Positions 44,865 through 54,941 of a DNA stretch of 64,000 nt are shown one piece after another. The notes below the pieces were generated by a model. The model searched no databases. It had not been told where the DNA came from and saw only the letters and a program-made list of their open reading frames with translations. Within the stretch, counting starts at the first letter, position 1. Each line of letters opens with the position of its first letter. Made by a program: the position numbers and the translations under genes. The stretch is from Pseudobdellovibrionaceae bacterium (GTDB lineage: Bacteria > Bdellovibrionota > Bdellovibrionia > Bdellovibrionales > UBA1609): NCBI GenBank assembly GCA_947444305.1, contig CANEZP010000008.1, positions 86,682-150,681 on the forward strand, in the 5' to 3' direction.

Positions 44865-45475
44865 TTGACGGACTCCAAATAATCTCGCATGCGGCGAAGC
44901 GCCTGCGCCCGGTGACTGATCCGCACCCGTTCCTCGAGCGACATTTCGGCGAAGGTCAAAGCCGATCCAGCCGGGCGAAAGATAGGCGAGTAAGGCATGC
45001 CCGCGCTCCCCTTCTCTTCCCGTAGGATTTCGCCGTCCACGCGGCCTTCGAATACATGCTCTTTGCCATTTTCAATCAGCACGATCACGGTTCGAAACGT
45101 CGCCCGGCGATTCTCTTCACCCGCCATGAGGCTTAGGGTTTTTTCGCGATTCGCCTGGCCGGTGGCGCCTTCTCCCGCGAACCTTGCCGTAAGCACGCCG
45201 GGCCGGCCGTCTAATGCGTCGATCTCAAGACCGGTGTCATCGGCGAAGCACGCGCGCCCAAGCTTTTTAAAAACAGTTTGCGCTTTTAACCGCGCATTGC
45301 CGACTAAGGTATCTGCGATTTCAGGAATCTCGGTCGTCCATCCCAAAGAACTGAAATCCACCACGGAAAATGTGGGCCCCAACGAAGCGCGTACTTCTTC
45401 CAATTTTTGGGGATTGTGGGAGGCAAAAACAAGTTCCATGCTGGAAGCCGTACCGTAAGGACCCAGCGCCGACAA
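44861..45475 (-). CDS. rdgB: RdgB/HAM1 non-canonical purine NTP pyrophosphatase
   Basis: ELVFASHNPQKLEEV...FADDTGLEIDALDGRPGV...SHRAQAL. The true start may be the internal MELVFAS. Confidence 0.9.
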   Translation of the reverse strand: MSALGPYGTASSMELVFASHNPQKLEEVRASLGPTFSVVDFSSLGWTTEIPEIADTLVGNARLKAQTVFKKLGRACFADDTGLEIDALDGRPGVLTARFAGEGATGQANREKTLSLMAGEENRRATFRTVIVLIENGKEHVFEGRVDGEILREEKGSAGMPYSPIFRPAGSALTFAEMSLEERVRISHRAQALRRMRDYLESVK

Positions 45476-45539
45476 GTCATTCTACCGGGGAGGCCCATCC
45501 CCCTGGCTAAACTACCCGATCTGGAGTATGGCGTAGCTT

Positions 45540-45794
45540 ATGAATTCCCAGACCAAACACGAATTACGGGACCAGATCGACTCCCTAGATGATCAGATCA
45601 TCGAGCTCCTGCTCAAGCGGATCCACCTATCGAATTCGATCATCAAAGCAAAGGCGCCCGGGCAAATCGTCGATGCGGGTCGTGAGGAAGAAATCCACCA
45701 CCGCTACACCGGCAAGCTCGCCACCGTATCGACCCCGGTCAAAATCAAACAACTCGTCACGGCGTTGCTTTCCGCCTCGAGCCTTTATCCGTAG
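45540..45794 (+). CDS. Chorismate mutase (AroQ class, small)
   Basis: 84 aa. ELRDQIDSLDDQIIELLLKRIHLSNSIIKAK is the typical CM_2 helix 1. Confidence 0.8.
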   Translation: MNSQTKHELRDQIDSLDDQIIELLLKRIHLSNSIIKAKAPGQIVDAGREEEIHHRYTGKLATVSTPVKIKQLVTALLSASSLYP

Positions 45795-45797
45795 AAA

Positions 45798-45817
45798 TCG
45801 GCAATCCTTATTGCCGA
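45798..45817. terminator. 8-bp-stem hairpin after chorismate mutase
   Basis: tcggcaat-cctt-attgccga begins 4 nt after the stop. No U-tract. Confidence 0.35.
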
Positions 45818-46059
45818 GGCGGAACGTACGAGACCTTGCTTAAGAAGGGCTGGCGCGTTCCCACGATCGCCGTCACACGGAATGGAATGTTCGGCATCGC
45901 TCGCTGGAGACGAATGGCGACGGTATCTATGGGAAAGCGGTGGGCCACGAACCGCTCATTGGATTTTGTCCTGCCTACCTCGTAATTTTGATCGGCGTCA
46001 GAAAAGTGTACTTCGATTTCATCAGTTAAAACTAAGAATGGCGAGCCGGCCTTTTTCAT
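45808..46059 (-). CDS. Hypothetical small protein
   Basis: 83 aa. Overlaps the 3' end of the upstream gene by 38 nt. No motif. Confidence 0.3.
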   Translation of the reverse strand: MKKAGSPFLVLTDEIEVHFSDADQNYEVGRTKSNERFVAHRFPIDTVAIRLQRAMPNIPFRVTAIVGTRQPFLSKVSYVPPRQ

Positions 46060-47332
46060 CGCGGTAGAAGCGGACCCACTTCGTCATCGCATATTCACGC
46101 TTTTCTGTAGCGATCTCAGCGTAACGCCAAGCTCCTATCCTCTGCAGGATCGGCGGCGCTTTTGACCTGCGAGTCTGCGTAAAATTGTGTTCGACCTCGA
46201 TCAATTTGGAATCGCCCGGCGCAAGGGCGTTAATTTCCTGTGTGAGATCTTCAGAAAATATAAATATATCCAAAAACTTTTCGATCACTTTATTGGACTG
46301 ATTGCTGTTGACTCCCACCGAGGCCGGAATCCAAATATCATGGTACCAATGCCCGCCTTCGAAATTCGCTAAAGCGTCCTTCGCCCAAAGAGCGTGCGCT
46401 TCCGCGCGGTTTAGCGAGGTGACCGAGTCGAGGCTGATGGTGTCGTACCGGCTATCCTGACTCCAGCGTCGTAACGAAATCGCAAGGTGCCGGGAAAACG
46501 TTTCCCCTTTGATTATCTCTTCGAAATTAAAAAATGCGGTGAAGGCATCGTCGCGCCCCTCGCCCGTGACGGGAATGCTATTGTTTTGGATAAGCGTTTC
46601 TATAAACCTCACGATTTGGTGCTGTTTATTTGCTTTAAGATCAGAATGGTTTTCGACGCGCGCGATTTTGCCACTTTTGAATGGGAACTGGAACCACACG
46701 GGGTTTACCGGCTTCGCGGCTATGAGTTTTGCGCCGGCAATCCCGATACTCCGAACCGGGACCGAAATCTCAAGTCGCGGGATCATCGGAAGTTCACGGG
46801 CCACGGCCTTACCCCAGGCCACGATCACGATGCGATCGGCTTTCTCTGGTCCGACGAAAAATTTAGGCAGCATGAGCGACGACTGGGGGTCGAAGACATC
46901 TAAGAACCGATGCGAACTGATTTCGTGTAGTGGTTGGATGTCGGCCCAAAGCTTCGCGAGCGGCAGCGTTGGGTAGGTTTCCGTATCGTAGTTCTCGAAG
47001 CGCTTACCGACTTTCGCGAGCCATTCGGACCCGGCCGGCAAATTCAAACGTTCGCCGAGCTTTGCCATTCCCTCACGCGCGACCTGCCGCCCATTAAGCG
47101 CTAAGAGGTAATCCTGCCCGTTGTAAGTCAGCACAACGCCCGGATAACGGTCATGGTCGCCGAAGTTTTCGCGGGACAGAAAGAGGTAAGGATTGCGCGC
47201 CACTTCGGAAATCGCGATGCGCGGGAACCCGGGCGGAATCGCGGTGGAAGCAGAAAGATCGTCTAGGCAACTTGCACCTACGCTCATAGAAAGCGAGGCA
47301 AGATACGCCCAGCATATAACCATGCCTTTCAT
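46022..47332 (-). CDS. Secreted hypothetical protein
   Basis: 436 aa with a signal-like N-terminus. No recognisable motif. Confidence 0.55.
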   Translation of the reverse strand: MKGMVICWAYLASLSMSVGASCLDDLSASTAIPPGFPRIAISEVARNPYLFLSRENFGDHDRYPGVVLTYNGQDYLLALNGRQVAREGMAKLGERLNLPAGSEWLAKVGKRFENYDTETYPTLPLAKLWADIQPLHEISSHRFLDVFDPQSSLMLPKFFVGPEKADRIVIVAWGKAVARELPMIPRLEISVPVRSIGIAGAKLIAAKPVNPVWFQFPFKSGKIARVENHSDLKANKQHQIVRFIETLIQNNSIPVTGEGRDDAFTAFFNFEEIIKGETFSRHLAISLRRWSQDSRYDTISLDSVTSLNRAEAHALWAKDALANFEGGHWYHDIWIPASVGVNSNQSNKVIEKFLDIFIFSEDLTQEINALAPGDSKLIEVEHNFTQTRRSKAPPILQRIGAWRYAEIATEKREYAMTKWVRFYRDEKGRLAILSFN

Positions 47333-47491
47333 TTTTACTCTCCAATGACGATAGGCGATTCACGCAGGTTTAGACGGTCGAATAGTGCGATCTTAATGCC
47401 ACAAAGAAGACCCGGTCGATCACGCAACTTGATTGACAGGCTAAGGCGCCCAACTAAACTTAACCGAACAATATAATTAAAGGAGACTCTC

Positions 47492-48046
47492 GTGAAATCG
47501 CTTCGCTATCTTTTGTTGTCTTTGGCGTTAGGTGCCTGCGCGCACGGTAAAATGGGTGCGATCGAGCAACCGCTGGCCGCCGGAGTTATAACTAAAAATA
47601 CGCCGATCGCGGTTGAAACGGTCTCGGCGAACGATGCCGCATTTAGCGGCGATAAATCGGGCGACGTCACCCGCGTGAATCAAGAGAAGCGCGAGATTGA
47701 ATCGCGTTTTGCGCAAATGATCGTTTCGCAACTCGTGAAACGCGGCTACAAGGCCTCGGTAAGCGAAGGAACCGCGAAGAGCGGTGTGGTGTTGAGCGGT
47801 AAGGTCACCAAAATCGAACACGGCTCGGCGGCCGCACGAATCATGGTCGGCATGGGCGCGGGCAGCGCAAACATGTTCACGAATTTTAAGTTGGAAGACC
47901 GCACCGCCGGCAAGATGTTGAGCAAGTTCCAGGTCATCGCCACCTCGGGCGGTCGCGGAGGCTTCATGGCCGCCGGCAGTTTTATGGAAGCGCACCTCGA
48001 GGACGGCTCTACCAAGACCGCGCAGTATCTAACCGGCGAGAAGTGA
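47492..48046 (+). CDS. Lipoprotein (DUF4410-like)
   Basis: 184 aa. Lipobox LALGAC. GSAAARIMVGMGAGSANM pattern as I recall it for DUF4410. Confidence 0.55.
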   Translation: MKSLRYLLLSLALGACAHGKMGAIEQPLAAGVITKNTPIAVETVSANDAAFSGDKSGDVTRVNQEKREIESRFAQMIVSQLVKRGYKASVSEGTAKSGVVLSGKVTKIEHGSAAARIMVGMGAGSANMFTNFKLEDRTAGKMLSKFQVIATSGGRGGFMAAGSFMEAHLEDGSTKTAQYLTGEK

Positions 48047-48101
48047 AATTAAGCCTACGTAAAGGTTTGCGAGCCGCTTTGTCTTGAGATTATAGTGCCG
48101 C

Positions 48102-49418
48102 ATGAATTTACATTGCTTGAAGCGCAGCCTTGGTCTGCGCGATTCTTTGGCGATCGTCTCGGGATCCATGATCGGTACCGGGATTTTTCTAAAGACGGCG
48201 ACCATGACGCAACTTCTGGGCACGGCCAACTGGGTTATTTTCGCTTGGTTCGTGGCCGGGGTTTTGTCTTTGCTCGGCGCGCTTACGTACGCCGAGCTGG
48301 GGGCCCTCTTCCCCGACTCCGGCGGTGGCTATCTCTACATAAAGAATGCTTACGGTCGCATGGCCGGCTTCATGGCGGGTTGGGTCAGCTTTTGGATTTT
48401 GTTTCCCGGCTCGATCGCCGCTTACGCGGTTGCCGCCTCAACATTTATGGGCGGGATAGTGCCGGCGCCAATTTTGATATTATTTTTCGCGGGCATTAAC
48501 GCCTTGGCTTTAACCGTCGGCGGAGCGGTACAAAGCTTGCTCACGGGTTTAAAAATACTTTCGATTGCAGGGTTAGCCTTGGCGATCTTTATATTTACCG
48601 ACCCCACCGCGGTTTCGGTGCCGCAGATTTCAACGCACACCTTTACTTTCGGCGCCTTTGGCATGGCCACGTTATCCGCGCTTTGGGCGTACGACGGATG
48701 GGAGGCGATCGCGCGCATCGCGGGCGAAGTGCAAAAACCTCAGCGCAACATTCCCCTTTCACTATTGTTCGGCATTACTTTGGTGTTCGGCCTTTACACG
48801 ATTCTGAACCTGGCTTACTTCTGGGCCCTTCCGATTAGCGAGATCGTGACCGCTAACTCAGGCCTTTATCCCGACGCCGCGCCGGTCGCGACGAAAGCCG
48901 CCGCGAGTTTCCTAGGCGCGGGCGGCGCAAAATTCCTTTCGCTCATCTTCGTGATTTCAAGCGTCGGCGCGATGAATGGCTGCATCATGACCTCGGCGCG
49001 GGTGCCGTTCGCGATGGCGCGAGACGGATTATTCTTTCGCGCGATCGCGAAGGTGAGTCCGCGCACCCATGTCCCCGTGCGCGCCGTATGGACCCAAGCT
49101 TTGGTGGCGTCGCTTCTTGCCGCGACGGGTACCTTTGATCAACTTACTAATTACGTCGTTTTCGCCGCTTGGATTTTCTACGCCATAACCGGTTACGCGG
49201 TGATCATCTTCCGAAAGCGCAACCCCTTGGCTCAAAGTGCTTTCCAAGTTCCCGGTTACCCGGTGGTGCCGTTACTGTTCGTTGGCTTAGCGAGTATTCT
49301 AGTGATCACGACGCTCATCGAAGCGCCGCGGGACTCACTGATCGGTTTAGGTTTAATTCTAACGGGTTGGCCGGCTTACTTCTTCTTCCGTAAACAAGAC
49401 GCGGTTCAAGCGCCTTGA
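48102..49418 (+). CDS. APC-superfamily amino acid permease
   Basis: 438 aa, about 12 TMs. N-terminal LAIVSGSMIGTGIF signature. Confidence 0.9.
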   Translation: MNLHCLKRSLGLRDSLAIVSGSMIGTGIFLKTATMTQLLGTANWVIFAWFVAGVLSLLGALTYAELGALFPDSGGGYLYIKNAYGRMAGFMAGWVSFWILFPGSIAAYAVAASTFMGGIVPAPILILFFAGINALALTVGGAVQSLLTGLKILSIAGLALAIFIFTDPTAVSVPQISTHTFTFGAFGMATLSALWAYDGWEAIARIAGEVQKPQRNIPLSLLFGITLVFGLYTILNLAYFWALPISEIVTANSGLYPDAAPVATKAAASFLGAGGAKFLSLIFVISSVGAMNGCIMTSARVPFAMARDGLFFRAIAKVSPRTHVPVRAVWTQALVASLLAATGTFDQLTNYVVFAAWIFYAITGYAVIIFRKRNPLAQSAFQVPGYPVVPLLFVGLASILVITTLIEAPRDSLIGLGLILTGWPAYFFFRKQDAVQAP

Positions 49419-49888
49419 CCTTGCAACCGCATGGTCAGACCTTTGAGGAAATTGCGCAGGACCTGATCGCCGGCTTCGCGGTAATTGCGGTGATCGCGCT
49501 TGCGCAAAATTGCCGAGAGTTCGGGTTTGCCGAAGTTAAAACCGGCGGAGGCCATGATCTCGAGCATGTCGTCTTCACGCAATTGAAAGGCGACCCGCAA
49601 CTTCTTGATCACTAAGTTGTTCGATACGGGCAATTCTAACGGAGGCGGCGGCTTGGAATCGTCTTTGCCACGATTTAAAAAGATGAGCCCATCTAAAAAA
49701 TGCGCCAGCACATCACCGGGACATCCTTTGGCGTCGGGGTCTTCTTCTTCGCGTAAGAATTCATGAACCTGCGCGGTCGTAATCACGCGGCCCGAAAGCG
49801 CGCAAATTTCGACAACCTTAGCGTTATTGATTTCTAGCATGTAACGTAAACTTCTTAAGACATCGCTATTGAGCATGCGAAAGCTCAT
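49406..49888 (-). CDS. DUF1456 (YehS-like) protein
   Basis: 160 aa. Duplicated pattern LRYMLEINNAKVVEI / LRVAFQLREDDMLEI. Confidence 0.7.
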   Translation of the reverse strand: MSFRMLNSDVLRSLRYMLEINNAKVVEICALSGRVITTAQVHEFLREEEDPDAKGCPGDVLAHFLDGLIFLNRGKDDSKPPPPLELPVSNNLVIKKLRVAFQLREDDMLEIMASAGFNFGKPELSAILRKRDHRNYREAGDQVLRNFLKGLTMRLQGQGA

Positions 49889-49901
49889 ATCACAAATTTA
49901 A

Positions 49902-50294
49902 TTAAACAGACCGGTATTTAAACGAAGCCTGCCCCGAAGCGATGAGGGTGCCCGCTTCGTCGTATACTTGCGCCTCGGAGAAAAAGATTTTTCGTCCGCC
50001 GCCGATCTTTCTAGCCTTCACGATGAGGGTGCCGGTCTTCACTCCCGAGACGAAATTGACGTTCAGAGTGATCGTCACGCCGTGGACCTCGGGGCTTCCG
50101 GGTGGTGAATACATTCCCGCGTATCCGCAAGCCGCATCGACGAGCGTTGAGACCACCCCGCCCTGAAGCGCGCCCGAGCGATTCATGTGCCACGTCTGTA
50201 CGGGCATGCGGAACTCGGCGAGATCCATTTCCCATTTCGTGATTTCAATACCCATGTGCTGCAGAAATGGATTTACGATCGATGGTGTGCTCAT
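49902..50294 (-). CDS. PaaI-type hotdog-fold thioesterase
   Basis: 130 aa. MGIEITKWE...NRSGALQGGVVSTLVDAACG... Confidence 0.8.
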   Translation of the reverse strand: MSTPSIVNPFLQHMGIEITKWEMDLAEFRMPVQTWHMNRSGALQGGVVSTLVDAACGYAGMYSPPGSPEVHGVTITLNVNFVSGVKTGTLIVKARKIGGGRKIFFSEAQVYDEAGTLIASGQASFKYRSV

Positions 50295-50363
50295 GACTAG
50301 ATGCTAGTTGATTCGAGCCTTGAGTCAACAACCAGGCAATCGTAAAGCCGGCTTACCACCCGA

Positions 50364-50780
50364 TCACCATTCGTCGATCACCCTGTTAATATCCTTCTTC
50401 CGGTCGTGCTGGCGAACAAAAGCCTGAACTTCGAGCCGGCCGTTCACGCGCTCGGCGTAGAAGCGATAATTACCGAACCGCTTACCACGCAGCCTTATCT
50501 CGAGAATATGCGAAGCACGTTGTAGGCGTTTGCAGTGAGTGGAATCGGTCACCGGTCCTAAGCAACGAGACAGGGTCGACATAAATTGTTCGCGTGCGTC
50601 TTGGTCGAAGCGGCGCGAGCTTAACTCTCGATGCACATTCTTGGAGATGGAGACTTCAACATCTTCGTTACCTTGACGGAAAGAAAAAGTTGTATCGGAC
50701 GTCAGTAATTCGTCGCAGGCGTACACCAGCGGCCCGTGCGAAAGGCAAAGCACGGCCGCTACTCGTATCCACGTGAGCAT
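50364..50780 (-). CDS. Hypothetical protein with RelE/ParE-like C-terminal pattern
   Basis: The C-terminus LRGKRFGNYRFYAERVNGRLEVQAFVRQHDRKK resembles the RelE/ParE G-x-YR-hhY...h-V-h-x-V-x-HR-K block. The N-terminal hydrophobic stretch may be a start-codon artefact. Confidence 0.35.
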   Translation of the reverse strand: MLTWIRVAAVLCLSHGPLVYACDELLTSDTTFSFRQGNEDVEVSISKNVHRELSSRRFDQDAREQFMSTLSRCLGPVTDSTHCKRLQRASHILEIRLRGKRFGNYRFYAERVNGRLEVQAFVRQHDRKKDINRVIDEW

Positions 50781-50809
50781 ATATGGTCCTTAGCTAGCGG
50801 TGCTTTGAA

Positions 50810-50992
50810 TTAGTTGGGAAAGATTTTTTTCATGGTGGCGCGAACGGCTTCAAGCTCTTTGCGAACCGCCTTGCGGTCGCCGGTTGAAACGTCGTAGATG
50901 TCCTCGGTGATGTCGAACCAAGGTAAAGGTTCTTCCGTCATCATACCCACGAGGTCCTTAAGCGGCCTGGGACCTTGCCAATTTGCTGTCAC
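50810..50992 (-). CDS. Small hypothetical protein
   Basis: 60 aa. 4-nt overlap with the upstream HExxH gene. Confidence 0.3.
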   Translation of the reverse strand: MTANWQGPRPLKDLVGMMTEEPLPWFDITEDIYDVSTGDRKAVRKELEAVRATMKKIFPN

Positions 50993-51900
50993 ACGAGGGG
51001 TTTCTCAATGCCACGGAACTCGAAAGCGTGGGGCACGGTGGACATAAAATTCTTGAGGTTGCTGATGCGAAAGTAAACCGCGTAGATATCTTTTTGATTC
51101 TGCCCGTTCAATGGACCGAGAAAATCTTTGGTTTGTTTCATAAACGCTAATGTAAGCTCTTCGGTGATATCTTTATCTAAGGCCGTTAATGCAAAAGCCA
51201 GCCCGATCGAACTGAGTTTTTCGCAGTCTTCGATTAACATATTAAGCGTCAAGGCGTTCTCGGTTTTATCTTTCCAGCTTAGGGTCTCGTTCCAGTCATC
51301 TTGCAACTCTGTTAAGGCATGATTGCTGACTTTGATCGATCCTAAAGCAAGTCTTTCCAGAGCAACGGCTTCCGTCTCATCGGTCCCCACCAAGTGCGTG
51401 AACTCGTGAATCGCCAAAGCAAGCGCATGATTATAGACCGTCGATGTTTGGTGCTTTAACCACATTGAATGAGCATCAAAACATACCGTCATGTTTTCCC
51501 GATGAGCACTCGCGTCTCTTCTTTCGTTAGTCTCCGGGTCGTAGCAAGGCTCGGTCTGCACGTTAATGCGCGCGGTTCGAATGGCCGCGAAGATATCGAG
51601 CGGTGGCGTCGTCAGTTTAGCGCGTAATTTTTTACCCGCTTCGTGCCCACCAAGGGGGAATTCCAATTCATTCGTCGATTCGGTGTCTACGTTTAACAAT
51701 GGGCTGAGCATCATGTTGAAATGCCAAGCACTTAGCGTCGCGACCTTGTTACGAAGAAAGTCGGCAAGTTCTTCTTCGGTGATCGTTCGGGGTGGGCTAA
51801 GATCGCCACCGCCCCCGCTGTTGCCGCCGAGCTTCGGAGTCGCGATCGCCGTTTGGGCCGTGGCCATTAAACATAAAAAGATGAGCTTCATATTTTTCAT
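50989..51900 (-). CDS. Secreted HExxH-motif protein, related to the N-domain of 11141-12325
   Basis: 303 aa. Signal peptide, GGNSGGGGD, ALAIHEFTHLVG (HExxH). Confidence 0.6.
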   Translation of the reverse strand: MKNMKLIFLCLMATAQTAIATPKLGGNSGGGGDLSPPRTITEEELADFLRNKVATLSAWHFNMMLSPLLNVDTESTNELEFPLGGHEAGKKLRAKLTTPPLDIFAAIRTARINVQTEPCYDPETNERRDASAHRENMTVCFDAHSMWLKHQTSTVYNHALALAIHEFTHLVGTDETEAVALERLALGSIKVSNHALTELQDDWNETLSWKDKTENALTLNMLIEDCEKLSSIGLAFALTALDKDITEELTLAFMKQTKDFLGPLNGQNQKDIYAVYFRISNLKNFMSTVPHAFEFRGIEKPLV

Positions 51901-52017
51901 TGGTTACCTCCAGTGGTGTACCTGGGAACGGTCTATATCGCAAGGTGCTATACTTTATATATTTATGATGTTAATGCTTAGGCCATTTTTTAATTTTTAA
52001 TTAATTTATGAGGCTAA

Positions 52018-52839
52018 GTGATTGATATGAATAAGGTTAGTGACTACACCGATTACAAGCAATTTCTGCTCGATTGGATCGATTCGCGCAAGGCACTTCA
52101 ACGTGGATTGCGTACGGCCCTCGCTCAAGCGGCCGGCTGCCAAAGTGCGTTCGTCTCCCAGGTCCTTAACGGCAAGCCGAATTTTTCTATCGAACAATCG
52201 TTCGCCATCACTTCGTTCTTAGGCCTCAAACCCGACGAAACTCGCTACTTTCTTGCGTTGGTGCACCTCGCGCGCGCGGGAACGCCGGAGCTGCGCAAAC
52301 ATTGCCGGGCCGATTTGCAGGAACAACGTAAGGTCTTATTAGATATCAAAAGCCAGGTTGGTGAGACCCGCGCCCTCACGCCCGAAGAGCAGAATCTTTA
52401 TTACAGCTCGTGGCTTTACGTGGTGATCCATATGTTAGTCACCATTCCCCAATACCAAAACCTGAAGGTCATCGCGCAAGCATTGAAATTAGAACTCTCG
52501 CGGGTACGCGCCGTGGTTAGCGACTTAGTCGGCTTGGGTTTGATACGCCAAGTGAAAGACCAATTCGTTCCGGGCGCAACGCAGATGCATTTGCCTAAAG
52601 CTTCACCGCTGATCCGGCAGCACCACGGCAACCTACGACTCAGGGCTTTAGATCACCTTGCCACCGGAAACGCCGAGGGAATTCACTACTCCACCGTCTC
52701 AAGCTTATCCGCGCAAGACGCTGAGAAGCTTCACGCAAAGATCGTCGAGTGGATCGCACAATACAATTCGGTGGTTCGCGATTCGCCGGAAGAAGTTTTG
52801 GTGGGTTTTAACGTAGATTTTTATTCGCTAGTGAATTGA
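52018..52839 (+). CDS. TIGR02147-like protein, paralog of 12322-13149
   Basis: 273 aa. DYTDYKQFLLDWIDSRKA...SQVLNGKPNFSIEQSFAITSFLGLKPDETRYFLALV. Start may be ATG 52027. Confidence 0.6.
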   Translation: MIDMNKVSDYTDYKQFLLDWIDSRKALQRGLRTALAQAAGCQSAFVSQVLNGKPNFSIEQSFAITSFLGLKPDETRYFLALVHLARAGTPELRKHCRADLQEQRKVLLDIKSQVGETRALTPEEQNLYYSSWLYVVIHMLVTIPQYQNLKVIAQALKLELSRVRAVVSDLVGLGLIRQVKDQFVPGATQMHLPKASPLIRQHHGNLRLRALDHLATGNAEGIHYSTVSSLSAQDAEKLHAKIVEWIAQYNSVVRDSPEEVLVGFNVDFYSLVN

Positions 52840-52876
52840 CCGGCACGCTCGCTTCCTTAAAGGAAAAATCCGATCG

Positions 52877-53314
52877 TTACTTTTTAGCGAGGAGCGCCTC
52901 AAGTTGGGCCAATTGTTCAGGCAGCGCGCCCGTCGATTCCGAAGCGATGGCCGCGTCGAGGGCGTCCTTCGTCGGATATAATTCATGAACGGTAACCTCG
53001 GTCGCGCCGCCGACCTCTTTGAACGTTGCCGTGGTGATAGACGCGGATTCTTCGCCACCTTCGTCGTTGCTCCAGACGATACGCGAGTGCGGGATAACCT
53101 CGCGGTACTTACCGAAGAAGACCATGGTCTGATCGCCCGCGCTGAACTCAAGCCGGTACGTTCCGCCGGTGCGGACATCCATCTCGCAGGATTCAAGTTT
53201 GATCGGCGCCGATCGGGGCACCCACGACCAAACGGCGCGGGTTGACGCGTTGATGACTCGCGAAAAAACGAGCTCCCGGTCCGACATTCGCCGCGGGCCT
53301 TCCTGGCTTGTCAT
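52877..53314 (-). CDS. SRPBCC/AHSA1-like domain protein
   Basis: 145 aa. LVFSRVINASTRAVWSW...GGTYRLEF...FGKYREVIPHSRIVWS. Confidence 0.8.
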   Translation of the reverse strand: MTSQEGPRRMSDRELVFSRVINASTRAVWSWVPRSAPIKLESCEMDVRTGGTYRLEFSAGDQTMVFFGKYREVIPHSRIVWSNDEGGEESASITTATFKEVGGATEVTVHELYPTKDALDAAIASESTGALPEQLAQLEALLAKK

Positions 53315-53700
53315 AGACTCTCCTTCTCTTTTTTCTCATCCGCCCGCATGGGCATGGAGTCGACTTTATCAAAGATGACTTGCGGGTCGAACACGGACGT
53401 GGACCGCCATTTCGTGCCCCCGTCTTTACCGATCAAAAAAGCGCTGAAGGGCGCCTCGGGCTTGAAGTAGCGGTGCAATGGTCCCGAGGGATCGCTCTCT
53501 TCAATGACTTGAAGATCACGATCTTTCATCGCGGCTTCGACGGAGGTTAACTTAGCTTTTTGCCGGGCGAGAAGTGCGTCACCGACGGGCGCAAGCAGAA
53601 CCAGCACGCACTTCTTCCACTTGAATTCACCGAGGGGCGACGCCGAAGCATTTACGAGCATGGGAATGTACAGCAAGGCTGCGGAGATAAACCATTTCAT
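53311..53700 (-). CDS. DUF4174-like secreted protein
   Basis: 129 aa. Signal peptide. VLVLLAP...Q...L......RDLQVIE..FSAFLIGKDGGTKWR. Confidence 0.6.
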   Translation of the reverse strand: MKWFISAALLYIPMLVNASASPLGEFKWKKCVLVLLAPVGDALLARQKAKLTSVEAAMKDRDLQVIEESDPSGPLHRYFKPEAPFSAFLIGKDGGTKWRSTSVFDPQVIFDKVDSMPMRADEKKEKESL

Positions 53701-53804
53701 GCTTGAAGCTTAGCTTACCTCTTTCGTTCTCGAAAGATTTTTAAATTAGAAAGTCGGCGAGATTGTTGCAGACCAGCCCGGTGAACACTCATGGAGGCCG
53801 ACAA

Positions 53805-54008
53805 ATGCCAAATTTTGAACGAAGTGAATTTTTGATCGCGCAAAATTTCGACGCCAATCAAAGTGCGCCGAGCCAACGTCTCACGGTTCCGGGGGCGATG
53901 CGCGAAAATGCGAACGGCGGGATCAGCGCGAGTCTTACGTGGGCGAGTCCCCTCGTGATTTTGATTATTATCGCCGTCTATCTATTTGCGCGGCGGCGTC
54001 TTAACTGA
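53805..54008 (+). CDS. Small membrane-anchored protein
   Basis: ATG 53805 lies 7 nt after GGAGG. C-terminal TM LVILIIIAVYLF. Confidence 0.45.
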   Translation: MPNFERSEFLIAQNFDANQSAPSQRLTVPGAMRENANGGISASLTWASPLVILIIIAVYLFARRRLN

Positions 54009-54019
54009 AGGATCAAAAA

Positions 54020-54838
54020 ATGAGAGAACTCAGTTTAAATTTAAAATCGTTGGCGCATCAAAGCTTGAACGAACTCGGGGGTGCGTCGAGCGTCCTCACC
54101 CATCAGCGGAGGGACCACGTCGATCTTGATCGGATGCTTCAGCGGCTCGGCGAGCTGAGGCCTGAGCAGCAGCGGGATCAATTGTTACGCATCTACCGTC
54201 TCGTGTTTCCGCACGCGTTTGCCGAAGAATCCGTGCTCTGGCCCGTCATACGGCGATTGCTACCCGACGGCCATCAACTCACCCTTAAAGTAGAACAGGA
54301 ACACCAAGAAATTAATGAGCTGGTCGCGAGACTAGAATTGATGAACGTCCACTCGCCGGAACGGCAACTGATCCTCGCGCGGGTCATCGAGCTGCTCCGG
54401 GCTGACGTGCGAGACGAAGAAGACGATCTCTTGCCTCGCTTGCAAAATAAACTTAGCCACTCGCAACTACGGTGGCTCGGCATCGCGTGGGAAGCGGCCC
54501 GGCGAATCGCTCCGACTCGCGCACATCCGATCGTCTCGAGACGCCCGCCCGGCAACGTTCTCGCGACTTTGCCTCTGACCGTGATCGATCGAAGCCGTGA
54601 TTTCATAGATTCGCTCGCCTACCCGGGCTCCGTACTCGCTCCGTTATTGAACCGCCTGAGCTTGGCGCTTTGTAAAGCTTCATTCCAGGTCGAACGACTT
54701 CCGGGCATGGAACGCGGCGAAGATTCATCGACCCGGGTCGAGCGAAAAGATGGTTCCATTTTGAGAGCGGTCGTCGTGTCGGTCGCGGCCTTGGCGGCGT
54801 TGCTCCTGCTGGGTAAGACCCGCCCACGAAAAGCGTAA
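54020..54838 (+). CDS. Hemerythrin (HHE cation-binding) domain protein with C-terminal TM
   Basis: 272 aa. HQRRDHVDLDRML, HAFAEESVLWP, EQEHQEINELV. C-terminal hydrophobic anchor. Confidence 0.75.
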   Translation: MRELSLNLKSLAHQSLNELGGASSVLTHQRRDHVDLDRMLQRLGELRPEQQRDQLLRIYRLVFPHAFAEESVLWPVIRRLLPDGHQLTLKVEQEHQEINELVARLELMNVHSPERQLILARVIELLRADVRDEEDDLLPRLQNKLSHSQLRWLGIAWEAARRIAPTRAHPIVSRRPPGNVLATLPLTVIDRSRDFIDSLAYPGSVLAPLLNRLSLALCKASFQVERLPGMERGEDSSTRVERKDGSILRAVVVSVAALAALLLLGKTRPRKA

Positions 54839-54941
54839 ATAAATTCCGATCCGAATAAGACTGTTGTAATTCGGGCATAGATATTGCTCGGGTCAGTGAA
54901 GTCTTATGTTACGAACAGAATTTGTTTACGCGCGAGGAAAA

